The notes under the pieces are model-generated. The model saw nothing but the letters and a program-made list of their open reading frames with translations, had not been told where the DNA came from and made no database searches. This document shows positions 62,346-64,000 of a stretch of 64,000 nucleotides of DNA, in pieces (positions within the stretch are counted from its first letter, which is position 1; every line of letters begins with the position of its first letter). The DNA lies in NCBI GenBank assembly GCA_963737905.1, contig CAVTUQ010000010.1:72011-136010 (forward strand), given 5' to 3'. This DNA comes from an uncultured delta proteobacterium (lineage in GTDB: Bacteria > Desulfobacterota > Binatia > UBA9968). The translations under genes were made by a program, and so were the position numbers.

Positions 62346-63894
62346 TTAATAAATTCGCTCGCGAAATTTGGCTTTCAGCTTGTCGTCAGCTATTTGTCCG
62401 CTAAGGGACTTGAGGAGTTCTGTAAGCCGCCTCTGCGGAAATTCTTTCATGGACTCGCCGAGGGCCCTGACGTGATCACGGACAATCAGGGAGGCTATGC
62501 TTTCGATGACATTGGTGAGCTCACTAAACTCAGCGATCATACGGTCAAAAGCGCCCTGCGACACGGTCTTGCGAGCGGGTTGCGTTACGACGGACGTGAC
62601 TTCCGCAGCTTCCTTCATCCTATCCGTTTGGAGTTCTAACTCAGCGTTGATATCGGTTACCTGTCTATCTTGGTCTTGGTCGAACCCTTTAATGGTCCAG
62701 TCCGTTCCACCAACGATCTGTTCTGGCTGCCTACGTTGGGCTTCCAGAGTAGCGATCTTTGCCTTGAGACCCTCGATAGCCTGCACGGCATGCTGGGCTT
62801 GACTCGCCGCTACTCCTTTTGCTTGCTGGATCGCCAGCTCTAATTGGGTTACCTGCACTGCCAGGAGACTGCTTTTGGACTTGAGATCGTTTACTCTCGG
62901 AATCTCGGCTTTCCAGAGCCTCATCTTTCTTCTTCACCAGACTTTGTAGATCGCGGATCTCGGTTTTAAGAGTTTCTTCCAAGTTTTGGCCGACAGTGTC
63001 TTTTCTCTGGAGGTTGTCCTCCATCTCCCTAAGCGTAGCCTCCAGCGCAGTGATGGTTGCCTTAAGACCTCCAATAGTCTGCTCGGCTTGTTGGGACTGA
63101 CTCGCCGCGTCTCCTTTTGCCTCCTGGATCGCCGACTCCAATTGGGTTACCTGCTCTGCCAGTCCATCTCTTTTGGACTTGAGATCGTTTACTTCGGAGT
63201 CTCGACCTTCCAGAGCTTCATCTTTCTTCTTCACCAGACTTTGTAGATCGCGGATCTCGGTTTTAAGAGTTTCTTCCAAGTTTTGGCCGGCAGCGTCTTT
63301 TCTCTGGAGGTTGTCCTCCGTCTCCCCAAGCTTAGCCTCCAGTGCAGTGATGGTTGCCTTAAGACCTCCAATAGTTTGCTCGGCTTGTTGGGACTGACTC
63401 GCCGCGTCTCCTTTTGCCTGCTGGATCGCCGACTCCAATTGGGTTACCTGCTCTGCCAGGCCATCTCTTTTGGATGTGAGATCGTTTATCTCGGAGTCTC
63501 GACCCTCGAGAGCTTCATCTTTCTTCTTCACCAGACTTTGTAAATCGCGGATCTCGGTGTTAAGACTTTCTTCCATTTTTTGGCTGGCAAGCTCTTTACT
63601 ATGGAGAGCTCCTTCCGTTTCCCGAAGCCTAGCCTCCACCCCAGTGATGGTTGCTTTGAGACCCTCGATCAGTTGGTCGGTTTGTTGGGTTTCATTAGCA
63701 ATCGCCGCTTGATCTTCACTCACCGCCGCCCTCAACCTGACGATCCCGTCCGCAAAAATCTTCTCAATCTCCTCCATCGCATCATTTAAATTGGTGTCAT
63801 TACCATTTGCCTGAGCCGACACCATGGTCAGGGGTTTCCTACGATTTAAAGTCCCCTGAACTACTCCCCTGACTGATTGATATACTTTGCCCAT
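62346..63894 (-). CDS. Long coiled-coil protein with 99-aa tandem repeats and a C-terminal helical domain, frameshift near 62895
   Basis: RBS GGAGGAG before ATG 63894; ORFs 62731-63933 and 62346-62924 join; repeat EIRDLQSLVKKKDEALE. Confidence 0.8.
62750..63680. repeat. 297-bp intragenic tandem repeat, about 3 to 3.5 copies
   Basis: TTGTA(G/A)ATCGCGGATCTCGG at 62944, 63241 and 63538 (period 297). Confidence 0.9.
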
Positions 63895-64000
63895 ATCTCC
63901 TCCTGGCATCTTCAGTGTCCAGCAATTTGTCACGGTTTGTCAATAGAAAAAATCCGTGCTCCATCACACGGCGAACGAGTTCCCTGGGATGAATTCCCTC

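Noticed and set aside
62750-63680. 297-bp repeats as a DGR template/variable pair
   Set aside because: In-frame coding tandem repeats, no evident adenine-specific variation, and no reverse transcriptase in the window

Overview
Bacterial chromosomal window of about 55% GC (by eye) with roughly 50 genes. The many orphan NitT/TauT and Fe-type solute-binding proteins, two MmgE/PrpD paralogues, an ornithine-cyclodeaminase-like gene and dense short intergenic palindromic repeats suggest a soil Deltaproteobacteria-like lineage such as Ca. Binatota (inference only). No rRNA, tRNA, CRISPR array or prophage was seen. Main points: (1) a hidden selenoprotein, a DsbA/FrnE-type oxidoreductase with an in-frame UGA in a U-P-W-C motif and a SECIS-like hairpin 11 nt downstream (8773-9387), which the ORF track truncates; (2) an IS1202/ISNCY-type element with a perfect 17-bp target duplication inside an SBP gene, plus an IS3-type element; (3) an orphan structured RNA-like element of about 120 nt between convergent genes (62191-62312) that resembles IS110 non-coding ends but has no recombinase next to it; (4) an uncharacterised catabolic operon (AhpD/CMD-like, HpaB-like monooxygenase, MetE-core Zn enzyme, signal-less TAXI protein, Zn-ribbon protein, MmgE/PrpD); (5) an 18.6-kb co-oriented envelope/stress cluster (DUF748, PAS kinase with deleted sensor, FixJ-like regulator, MlaEFD-PqiC, MarC, GH63, GH13); (6) several clean palindromic operators. 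About 15 single-base frameshifts in otherwise intact genes point to long-read indel errors rather than real pseudogenes.
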